Assembly: GCA_030704615.1 (NCBI GenBank)
Contig: CM060733.1
Span: 48,918,001-48,982,000, forward strand
DNA from: Takakia lepidozioides
Lineage: Eukaryota > Plantae > Bryophyta
Direction: 5' to 3'
DNA length: 64,000 nucleotides
The notes beneath the pieces were generated by a model, which was not told the origin of the DNA, ran no database searches, and worked only from the letters and a program-made list of their open reading frames with translations. The position numbers were made by a program, and so were the translations under genes. Of this stretch, positions 1-10,059 are shown piece by piece. Positions within the stretch are counted from its first letter, which is position 1. Every line of letters begins with the position of its first letter.

Positions 1-7
1 AATTCAG

Positions 8-667
8 ATGAAGAGGAAGGAACAGTTTGATGAAGGCAAGTTAAAAACTTTTAAGACGGGAGATTTGGTTTTATGGTTGCAGAAAAAGGGAAAGATTAAA
101 GCTTCTAAGCTTAAATCACCATGGAAAGGACCTTATGTCATACAAAAGATGTATGATAACAACACCGCCATGTTACAAACCATTAACAAAGAAATGCTGG
201 GAAGAGTCAATGCCAATAAGTTGAAGGGGTACAGTGGTATCCATGACAAACCATTGCAGCATGATTTGCATGTTGAAACGCAAGAGCAGTCACGGGCTGC
301 ACCAGTGTTACGAACGGAGTATGGAGCACTTGTTGCTAGGCCGAGCATATATGACCAGGGCGGGCAAAACAAGCGTGACACAGCCTATCACAGCCCATCA
401 CGACGTGACACAGCCTATCACAGCCAATCACGACGTGACACAGCCTATCACAGCCAATCACAACGTGACACAGCCAATCACAGCTCATCACGACGTGACA
501 CAGCCTATCACAGCCCATCAAGGCAAAGCACAGCCTATCACAGCCCATCACGACGTGACACAGCCTATCACAGCTTACCACAACGTGTCACAGCCTATCA
601 CAGCTTACCACAGTGCATCACAGCCTGTCATAGCGTATCACAGTATGACACAGCCTGTCACAGCTAA
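8..667 (+). CDS. pol C-terminus (integrase GPY/F domain) reading into a translated tandem repeat; 5'-partial
   Basis: FKTGDLVLW...KLKSPWKGPYVIQKMY..NTAML..VNANKLKGY is the typical Ty3/gypsy integrase tail. It is followed by RRDTAYHSxS repeats. Confidence 0.85.
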   Translation: MKRKEQFDEGKLKTFKTGDLVLWLQKKGKIKASKLKSPWKGPYVIQKMYDNNTAMLQTINKEMLGRVNANKLKGYSGIHDKPLQHDLHVETQEQSRAAPVLRTEYGALVARPSIYDQGGQNKRDTAYHSPSRRDTAYHSQSRRDTAYHSQSQRDTANHSSSRRDTAYHSPSRQSTAYHSPSRRDTAYHSLPQRVTAYHSLPQCITACHSVSQYDTACHS

Positions 668-778
668 ACACAGCCTGTCATAGCGTATCACAGTATGACA
701 CAGCCTGTCACAGCTAAACACAGCCTGTCATAGCGTATCACAGTATGACACAGCCTGTCACAGCTCAACACAGCCTAC
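376..778 (+). repeat. Tandem minisatellite of 10-bp CACAGC-based subunits in 30-40-bp higher-order units
   Basis: Directly visible repeats of GTGACACAGCCTATCACAGCC(C/A)ATCACGAC, then CACAGCCTGTCATAGCGTATCACAGTATGA. Confidence 0.95.
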
Positions 779-1480
779 TAGGGTTACACGATCCATAGAA
801 TCAATGACAGGTGGACGCATAATAACTTCAGGAAAATGGCTGACGGAAGAAAAAACGGAAACTAGTTTAAAAATAGACACGTGGAAGGCAGGGCGCGACA
901 CACAGCTGAGAAGGAAGTGCAAGAACAGGTGTCATAAAGAAAGAGGACAAGACCGGCCATCAAAAGGGATGAAAGGCGGGCCCATTAATGAATACGGAAA
1001 AAGGGAAACGGAACGAACGGCAAGTACAGAAAAGCGAAAATTCTTGTCACATGTGTGATCCTAGTGGACTATCCAGCAGGGAAAGTCCACTAAAGAAAAT
1101 AAAATCTAAAATCCAGTCACAGCGGATACAGCCAATAGAAAACCAGAGAAATGATCAAGAAAATGGAGGGAAATTGAGCGCAAGAGGCGGCGTCGTTCTG
1201 AGTAACGGGCGTCTCGACAGGACAGACCATCAATGCTATAGCTTGGAAACTATGGAGGAACTAACAGACTATACGCTCGCAATATTACTTACGCAGTGGC
1301 ATAGACACGAAAGAACAGAGCGGAACTTTTCTCTTGAGCGATGCTTGCAAGCCCCGCAGGCTTACAAGAAATTACCCATAGCTTTCTGTGGCAACCATAC
1401 GTTTATGCTTTGTGCACTACAGGCATTTCTGGAGTTGTTACAGCCAAAATATTTCTGGGAAAATAAGGAGAGTGAGAGGA

Positions 1481-4400
1481 ATGGAGGAAATCAGGGTGAA
1501 GAGCACCACAATTCTGCAGAAACAAACGATTGCTACCCCACAGGCGATACATATACTGAAGGAGCTGAGATTGCAAGGATTGCAAAGCATAGATTGGACA
1601 TTACACCATAGACAGTACATGTTACAATTTTTGCAGAACTTTGAGCCAAGGACAGGAACAACAACGGTGAAGGGAGTTGAATTAGCAATTACTCCCCTAT
1701 ACCTCCAGCAATTGTTTCGATTGCCAGCAGGTCAGGTGCATATGGAGGAACACAGGGCAAGACTGCAAATAGGGGACTTATTCCAAGAAGGGAGTTTCTT
1801 TAAAACTCAGGGTTATGCTTGTACCAAGGCTGTGTACCCAGGGCTAAAGGAGGTAGGCCAGGTATTGAACGTTCTGATTGCCATGAAACAGAACCAACAG
1901 TATTTGAGCAGATCCTTCACGGAGGAAATACTCAAAGCCCTGAAGGGACAAGAAGTAGAATGGGCGGACATAATGTACAACGCACTGGTGGAGGAGATGA
2001 AAAGATTACAAGGTACTACCGCAAAGTCTCCTATCATAGTGTCTGGCCCAATCATTGCTCAAATAATTCTTGATTCTGGCATACTTGATGCGCAAGAAAG
2101 AAAAGAGATGGGAGTGTTTGAGCCAGAAACCACTGCAATGGAAGAGCAAGCCTCTTCACACAGTGAGGGTGGACTAGCAGGGCAACCCGAGACTAAGAGG
2201 CAGAGACGGGGAAAAACTGTAGTGGCGGATCCACTGGCTTCACGGATTTCGCATGATAATGTTTCCCAAGCTCATGTGCAGGAAGGGGCACAACAGCACA
2301 GAGAAATGCTATTTCTGGAAGCAGGACCTTCAGAGAGGGAGGAGGAAGTTACTTCAGTATCACAACCATCACAGCCAGCTGATCGACTTGTCACAAGGTC
2401 ACAAGTTGTCCATGCAGCTCAACCATAAATAATTGATTTGAAAAGAGAAGGGTTAGATATTCCAACTACAGAACAGATAGTGGCAGAAATGGAGAAGGGG
2501 GACCTTCTCTATGAATATTCTGGTCTGGTCAAGGAGACAGAGATTCCAGAGGTGCAACAGTTGCCCAAGGAAAATCCTGAGGTGCATATAATACACACAC
2601 CTGTGTCGGAGGTACCACAGGCAGAAGGTCATGACACTGTAGCACCGGTGATAGATGAAGTGGTTCAGGAAGAAAATCCGGTGGGACAATGGCCTGAGTG
2701 GTTCGTGAGACATCACACTGTTGAGGATCAGGAGGAACAACAGCAACCTCACCATGATGACCCTCAACATGCAATGCTGATGAGTTCCATAGGTAGGACA
2801 CTTAATTTGTTGGGGACTTATGTCAAATCCCATGTTCCAACTACCCAATTGACAGCCTTGAGAGAGGAACTCAGGAAGGAGTTTGAGGCTCGACTAGCCA
2901 CTGAGTGTGCAAACAAGGTCGATGAAGAGGTCATTCTCAAGATGCAGCAGGACTTGGGAAATACAGAAGCGGCTTTGCAATTGGCCAAGGAACAATTGAT
3001 TGAAGCAGGCCTCGCACAAGACCAGTTGCACGAAGCACATAAGCAACAGCTATACCAAATGCAGGTGCAGCATGAAAGTAAGTTGCAAGAAGTGAATGCA
3101 CTACATACGGAGTTGCAGACAGTGCATGACAGGATGACGATACAATGTGCTACATTTACAACTATGCTTGACCAATCTACAAAAGAAATAAACAGTCAAG
3201 CGGAAAAATATACGAAGGCAGATGAAGAGAATGTTGAGCAAATGAAACTCATTGTCGATATGAAGAATACAATCTGTCGCAATGAGGATACTTTCAAGCA
3301 ATACAGGCAGATTGAAGCTGATCAAGAAAAGCACATCGTGGAGTTGCAACAAACCATCATGGCCAATAGAAATGAAATCGCGGTCAATAACAAGGCTTGG
3401 AGGGAAGCCAATAATCTACTGGCTGCTTATGCGAATTTGGTTGAACCTCATGCGAAGCGCATGGAGGCTTTACAACAGCAGTTAGAAGTGTACAAGCAAA
3501 GAGATGAGCAAACTCTCAGGGGAACCATAAGCAACTTGGTGGATAACAGCCTTATGCAGGTCTGGTTAGCACAAGGGCCGGTAGAGGGCAAAGCACCACG
3601 AAAGCTCACCCAAAACGAGATGAATGAGCTCAGACTACAAGTGCAGAACATTGCCACAACTACTATAGACAATGTCTATAGTAGGATAGCAGAGTTACAG
3701 GAAGATGTAGACGGACTGCAGACTCAAGTGGATGACCTCAATTCAAACATCGACAAAAGAGTCTATATCCCTCAGGAACAGCTAATGGCTTCTTATTTAC
3801 AAGCCAGAACTTTGGCTTTTCAGTCTTCACAGGAGGTGCAGGAGATGCCAATGATACAAGAGCCAGTACCACCAACACCACAACAAGTCACTGTACCAGT
3901 AGCTGAACCTATTGTTACTACAACCACAGCGCAGCCACCATAGCCTGAGGTATGGGGCAACGCTGCTTTTAACCCACCTAAAACTCCAGCTGCAAGGGAG
4001 TACAGTAAGGCTATGATTATGCCCTTCAACCAAATTCCCATCATGTTGGATTTGGCTTGGAAAGAATTTAGTCCTCCGCAGTCATTCGCACATTACTACC
4101 AAATCATGCGCATTTGGCTGCCAGTGGCAACTAGGACTAAAGTTCTTCCGAACAATCGACCAATTGAGGATCATCACTTTGCGCAGTACTGGCACGAGGC
4201 AGGTACCATGTTGAGGGAATTGATTGCTTTCCAGGTTGTACATGGACTCATTTATACCAAGACCAAGGAGGTAGCAAGTATTGTCATGGGATGCGGGTTA
4301 TACTACGCTGCTTGTTTTCTAGTACGTTATCACATTGAGCAACAAAAGATGCAAGCACGCTTTCTGAGTTATTCCAGTGGGGATCATTGGGTATTACCTT

Positions 4401-5014
4401 CGGTGCCACCTCATATGTACCTATATGACGCAAAAGTTATGATGCAAAAGGATTCTCAAATTCGTTCATGGTTTCAAGCGGCCTGGAACAATTTGTCAAC
4501 ACAGAAATTCGGCATTGATGATATTTTCTAAAAGGGACATGTGGCATGGAAATACTTGCACGCTGCACCAATAATTGGTACCCCACTCACCTGGACAGAC
4601 AAGGAGCTCAGTGTCTACACCAATTTTGTTGTTCAGCGGTTACACCAAGTTGTAAAATATAAACTTCCAGACATGGTAGGACAGCATTGTATGCCCCAGA
4701 GGATTCCACAAAAAGTTCGAAAATTAAAACACCTGAGAGGCGATGAGGATTCTGATACAACTGTTTCTTCACCGAATTCTTTTGACATGGGAGAAGACTA
4801 TGCAATTCAGATGGCAGAGAAGAAGCGACGGGGGTCTCCTATGCCTGAAAGGTTACCTCGATATCAGCCTCCAGAGGGCCTCACTTATCCAGGTAGTGAT
4901 CAACCATCTCCATCAAGCAGAGACAGACCTCGGGCTCGTACACACAGTCCGCCACGAAACTCTCAACGTCAGAAAGGTGCTCACTCACAAAGGTTTGCTA
5001 ATCGCAATCAGTAA
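1481..5014 (+). pseudogene. Retrotransposon extra ORF (~1,177 codons): N-terminal plant-transposon/Athila-ORF-like domain, long coiled coil, hydrophobic C-terminal domain; broken by three in-frame stops
   Basis: ORFs 1388-2428, 2438-3943, 4013-4531 and 4541-5014 are in the same frame, separated only by single stops (TAA 2426, TAG 3941, TAA 4529). Motifs include VKGVELAITP..LQQLFRLP and EVEWADIMYNALVEEM..GPIIAQII. A Q/E/L heptad-rich stretch lies at ~2860-3780. Confidence 0.8.
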
Positions 5015-5052
5015 ACCGTGAGGACACGGCTTTTTGAGAGGGGAAGGGGTAA

Positions 5053-5855
5053 TGTTAGAGGACTGTCGGGGACTTAGACACTTATACGGGATCTATAGGG
5101 TACCCTTAATTTTGGCACAGACTGAGACCAACAGGAGCCTTAGGGGTGACAGCAGCGCACTGTAGAGGGGGGTTACACATCCCGTCACAGCCAACACAGC
5201 CGTCACAGTCGTCACAGTCATCACAGCCGACACAGCCAACACAGCCCGTCACAGTCGTCACAGCAGACACAACCACACAGCCAGTCACAGCCCGACACAG
5301 CCAAACACAGTCGCACAGCCAGTCACAGCCCGTCACAGTTTCACACAGCCAGTCACAGCTTGACACAGCTGTCACGACCATAGGGAACGGAGAGCAGGAC
5401 AAGGAACGACTGTGGGGAACAACACCTGCAAATGGAACATGTTAGTTCACAGACGACGATTAGTGAGGGAAACGGTTAGAGCCACGGGTAGGAAGATAAA
5501 GCGAGAAGCAAGGATGGAAGGGGGGCTTTTTGGGCAAGGGGAAGCACTTCACGGGAGAGGACTTCTTGGTCATGCAGGAGAGGGGATCCGGCAGAGATGA
5601 AGAACGGAAGTGAAGATAGAGAGATGATGAGTAGATGCTTGTTATATGCAAAGCTATAGTGATATTGTAGAGCAGATTAGAGACACAATGGCTTCGGCCT
5701 GATACCTGATAAATCATAATCTGATACTTATACGATACAATCACACTGTGTAGAGAGATCTGAGTGAAGATGTGGAATGAATGGATGAGTTGATGGAATC
5801 CAATAGATTGATGAAGGAAACTGATACTTAATTATCAATGGTAAGGTAGCTAACA
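5053..5855 (+). repeat. 3' LTR (~803 bp) with an internal CACAG microrepeat array (5184-5376)
   Basis: Follows the PPT directly and has TG...CA ends with a 6-bp inverted repeat TGTTAG/CTAACA. The 5' LTR is outside the window, so the TSD cannot be checked. Confidence 0.75.
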
Positions 5856-5942
5856 TGAATGCCAAAAGGGAAACAAATAGGAAACACCCCCATGATACAC
5901 TAGCTGTAGGTCATGACTGATTGTTCTGCGCGGGCTGAGTAC

Positions 5943-6714
5943 TTAGAGATTTCCAACTCTTCTATCTTGGAGTTTCCGCCTCGGATAGCAAAGGGATGGG
6001 TGAGTAAAAGCCGCGCGACAATAGTACTCAAAATCCGCGTCCATGGATTCCTTAACCTTGGCCATGTCACTGGGTTCCTGTTTGTCTGCTAGCAAAATGC
6101 TAGGATCAAGATATCTGATGCAGAGTCCCCGCAAGGAGCTCTGCCAGTAATCCTTCCCCTCACACCCCTGGTCTACTTCCCCCTTAGAGTTTAGTTGTAC
6201 CTTGTGCTGCTTCAGCCCAACAGATTTGCGGGTTTTCGCATCAGTTTCATGTTCCTTTGCAGCGAGCCTTTTTTGTCTTTTTTTGTTTGCAGCCTGCGAC
6301 GCCACATCCCCTTGCTGTGTGGAATCTTGATCATCACCAACAGGGGGGGGTGAATGGAGGAGCAGCACCATTAAAAGGGGGGCCTGCCCACTGCCCACCA
6401 GCGGCATTGCATGGAGGGCCCCAAGTTTGGGCACCTCCTTGTACCCAAGCTCCTTGGGGTCCTCCATTAGACCCACTTGGAATCCATGACCACGTGTTCG
6501 TCATCTGTGGAGGGGCCATGGGCTGCTGCCAGGTAGGTGCTCCTTGCTGCAGCCACGTTTGCCCACCTCTGGATTGCACCCCAAGGGCCATTCGGGCCTT
6601 GTTGCACCCATGTCGTAGGTGGACCAGTAGCATTTGCCACAGCCTCGGTCCCCCCTTCCTTTGCGCGCTTTGATGCATCCTAACACAAGCCCCTCCACCC
6701 CACAAAGTTAGCAA
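5943..6714 (-). pseudogene. Transposon-associated ORF remnant: W/G/P/Q-rich low-complexity N-terminus plus a helical domain (possibly CACTA accessory-type)
   Basis: ORFs 6334-6714 and 5943-6476 join if the G8 run at 6343-6350 is corrected. The downstream part reads GKDYWQSSLRGLCIRYLDPSIL..KVKESMDADFEY. Confidence 0.4.
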
Positions 6715-7447
6715 TGATGGAAAATAAGGTCAACCGGGCAACGAGCAAGGTCGGCAGTTCGTGAACTGCATACAAACCTTGGCCCAACGTGCCAAGAAAA
6801 GTTTGGCATCCAATGGCGTGAATGCATGGAATGTCATGCTCTGGCACCCTAGCAATGTCCCACATCCATTCAGTATTAAAACCCTAACACATGTTCTAAC
6901 CCTTTGAAATTTAATCCAGCAGTCAAGCCATACATAGTCCAACTCGTAAGCCATTCATCTTTCTAACAAAGTTTCCAGGTCATTCACATTTAGGAAAGAA
7001 CCAAGGTTTGATATATAACATTTACCACCATATATGTAGATTGTAAACTCGTCACAAAAGCTGATTGCAGGTTTGGACATAAATCTCCAGAACCAGGCTC
7101 AAAGCATATCAGGTTCGAAATGAAACAATCGACCACTCATGCCTTAAGTTCACAAGCCAATCATAGTAGTAATAGGCTTGGTTATATAAACCAATCACCA
7201 TCTCAGTCACTGTAAGCATATACATTTCATGAGCCATTCTCTAGCCTCTCCCTCACTCTCAGTCCAGCCCCATACACTCCCTTCTCCATCAGTTCATCAC
7301 TCCAAAGATCATTCCTCCGCCATACACCCCAACTTATCCTTGTCGTAAATGTCGGATGCCTCGGGTCTCTTCACATCGGGACCAAAGGTTGGATCAATGG
7401 ATTTCTCAATAAAACTGGCAAAAAATCTGGAAAAATACTAAGGAGAC

Positions 7448-7950
7448 ATGTTTCCATTTGGTTTTAGTAGAACTTTCAAAATACCGATATTGCGAATGAA
7501 TCTGCTCCTAGACATATGGTTTACTGACCTTTGAACCTCAATCACAATGATGAGGTTAAAACCTGACTCCTACAGCTCCGACATCTGGATGCCAAACATC
7601 CGGTATACCTCACTCCACTTGATCCAGAGAAGGGGGACGAAGTGTATGAGAAGATACCAATGAGATCAGTGGAGGTCGACGATTCTTCGATGAAATTTTT
7701 CATTATCGGAGGGCAACACACGATCGTGGCTGCCAAGGTACTCGCTAACCATATCTATGTCTCTTGACTCTAGAATTCAACAAGTAGATTTGAAATTTGT
7801 CTAGAACCTCGACATTTATGTCAACGTTATATGCTATGGACGTCTATTAGAATGAAGTTGGATACTATCGAGTCAATTGAATGAATTAAATTTTTACAAC
7901 ATGGAACTGTGTCTGCAGGAACTTACTTAGATTTACCCTAAACCTTGCTC
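7448..7950 (+). pseudogene. ParB/sulfiredoxin-like domain exon of a decayed intron-containing gene, truncated 3' near the LINE
   Basis: Frame from 7501 reads SAPRHMVY*PLNLNHNDEVKT*LLQLRHLDAKHPVYLTP...MKFFIIGGQHTIVAAK|GT (7738). Both stops are TGA (CGA/Arg-derived). GT-AG intron 7738-7918; 1-nt frameshift near 7495. Confidence 0.55.
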
Positions 7951-8044
7951 GGTTCTGCCTCTACCTCTGCCTTACACAAAACCCTACCCTAAACCCTACA
8001 CATCATGAAAATGCTCAATTGCAATCTGAGAGGAACCAAGGGTG

Positions 8045-10050
8045 AGATTGTACTCATAAGACGTTGTTTGCCGTAGCCTTGTGGCCATTGACCCCGCGCC
8101 CAGTTTGAGCGGGAACAAAAGGAACAAAACCTACCTCTGTCAGGGGCTGACATTGGTAGTAAGACTTACCTTTATATAAAGAATTAATCCCGGTTTCCCA
8201 GATATCCTCTAGAAATCCCTTCACACAAGCATCAATCTGCTGTGTGTGATTTGCCCAAAAACTAGGCCTCAGGAGGGCCTGGGCTTTTGGCTCAGCCTCG
8301 AGACTTTCAAAGTTGGTAAACAGGGGTACAGACACAATTCCCTTAATAGAATTGAAGAGAGCGTCTCTTTGGTGAGAGAACCTCGGACAGTGTATCAGAA
8401 AATGAATACTGTCTTCAGATTGCCCACACAACGGACAATTGCGCTCTCCCTTTCCTCTTTGCTTCTGTTAGCTGTTCAAAGGTAGGCTTCCTGCCCTAAG
8501 TTTAAATTTCAGTCTAGTGCCGAGAGTGGGTAGACCCTTGAGGTCATCCAAGATGTCCTCCCCCATGTCACTGACTGGAAACAAGTTCAGGGAAGTTTTC
8601 TGCCTATCTTCATTTCCATCAGACAATCTCATGGCAACAGACATGGCTTTGGACACTACAGCCTCTAAGTCAGATTTATCCAGCAGGGTCAAGACTTGGG
8701 GATCCATGTCCAGGTCCTTGAGAATCTCTTCTACTCTCTTCTACCAGGACTTAGCCTGTTTGACATGGCGGTCCTGTTTCCAAGATATAGAGTCGATTAA
8801 CTTAGGATATCTGGTGTTGGGCATATGTTGCAGCTGACCCCACCATCTGACCTTGAATTCATCTCGTCGGGAGCTTAAGGACGGAATGCCAAACTCACCC
8901 CGAACAGCCACATTGGCTGTTTTGGAGCATGTCGACATACACTCCTTAAGCACCCCCACTTGAATGGATTCTACAGACTTAGCCTGGTTGGAGTTATCAA
9001 CCCATATAGCAGATTTGTACTTCCATGCAGGTCTAATAACGCGACAAAGCATGGTTTTCTTAACCTCAGAGTTGACCCCTCTGCAGTGGAAAAATTTAGT
9101 GAGCCCTAGACCTTTGCCCTTGCCAGTTTGAACAACTTTCCGGATATGTGCATCCCAATTACAATTGGAGGAAAACTGAACGCCCAGGTAAGTGTAGGGT
9201 TTAGGGTGGACAGGGATCTCTTGGGTACCCCACTGCCACTTAAGATCACTTCCTCCCTCTCCTCTGTCGTTGAATGCTACCACTGCACATTTGCTGACAT
9301 TAGCCTCTAGCCCCCAAAGATCAAAGTATCTCTTCGCGCAATCAATCAACTCCTGGAGATTGGTTGGAGTCTCTCCTATGCTTGCGAAGTCATCCGCAAA
9401 CATAAGGGTTGGTATGGTGGTATCACCCACCCTTAACCCTAAATCCCTCACTTTCCACATCCTCGAGGAGTTGATTGATGAAAACATTGAAGAGCAGAGG
9501 GGAGAGAGTACATCCTTGAGCTACACCTTGGTCTATGTCAAAGAAGTTGGACTTCTGTCCGTTAACAGTGACACAACTATGTTAACTAAGGGTGAGAGAG
9601 GGAGAGAGATAGAGACAGAGACAGAAGGGGTCTTAGGGATCCCACTGCGGGCTTGTTACCCTCCTTGGTTGGGGTGGATGTCCTTAAGGGCCGCTTGGAA
9701 GGAGTCATGCAAACGACGATCTTCTCAGCACTCTGGTCTTCCTCCTCGTTTGTGCTCTCGCTCTCTGCTGAGTAGTCAGCACTGGGAGTCGCTCCACTAT
9801 CCTCCCCTGGGTTGGTCTCCAAGTTGCTGGACTCCTTCTCCGCCACCCCCATGTGAACAAGACTCCTCTCCCTCAAACAAGTACTCCTTCGCACTGGGCC
9901 GTTCCACACATAGCGGGCAGTACGCGGGGGTCTCTCTTTCTCTCTACTCTCCCACAATTGCCCGGGTCACTCACAACAAAACGCCCTCACAAGCCCGGGA
10001 AGCTCAAAAAGCGAAGCACACACACTTAGTACGCTCGCGTGAGAGACATG
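8045..10050 (-). mobile_element. LINE, internally deleted: ORF1 5' remnant joined to the RT C-terminal half and CCHC tail
   Basis: 8741-9487 has LMFADD, NVSKC, YTYLG and AVRGEFG; 8054-8440 has CPLCGQSEDSIHFLIHCP. Endonuclease and RT domains 1-4 are absent. Related 3' ends occur at 40198, 40372, 55306 and 56080-56360. Confidence 0.85.
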
Positions 10051-10059
10051 AGGTTGTCC

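Larger units (their letters stand above)
1..5855 (+). mobile_element. 3' half of a non-chromovirus Ty3/gypsy LTR retrotransposon (Athila/Tat/Phygy-like) with an extra ORF between pol and the 3' LTR
   Basis: Integrase C-terminal GPY motif without a chromodomain, tandem repeats, a long sense ORF, a polypurine tract (GAGAGGGGAAGGGG, 5036-5049) and an LTR bounded by TGTTAG (5053) and CTAACA (5855). Confidence 0.85.

Noticed and set aside
376-778. CRISPR-like array
   Set aside because: These are contiguous tandem repeats with no unique spacers, in a eukaryotic context with no cas genes.
2426-4531. U-to-C RNA editing or programmed readthrough restoring the stops
   Set aside because: U-to-C editing is known from organelles, not nuclear transcripts. 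C>T decay of methylated TE DNA explains the stops more simply.
7935-8000. CCCTAAA-like telomeric motifs (also 6878 and 38058)
   Set aside because: Only 1-3 imperfect units each, consistent with common telo-box-like motifs rather than an interstitial telomere.
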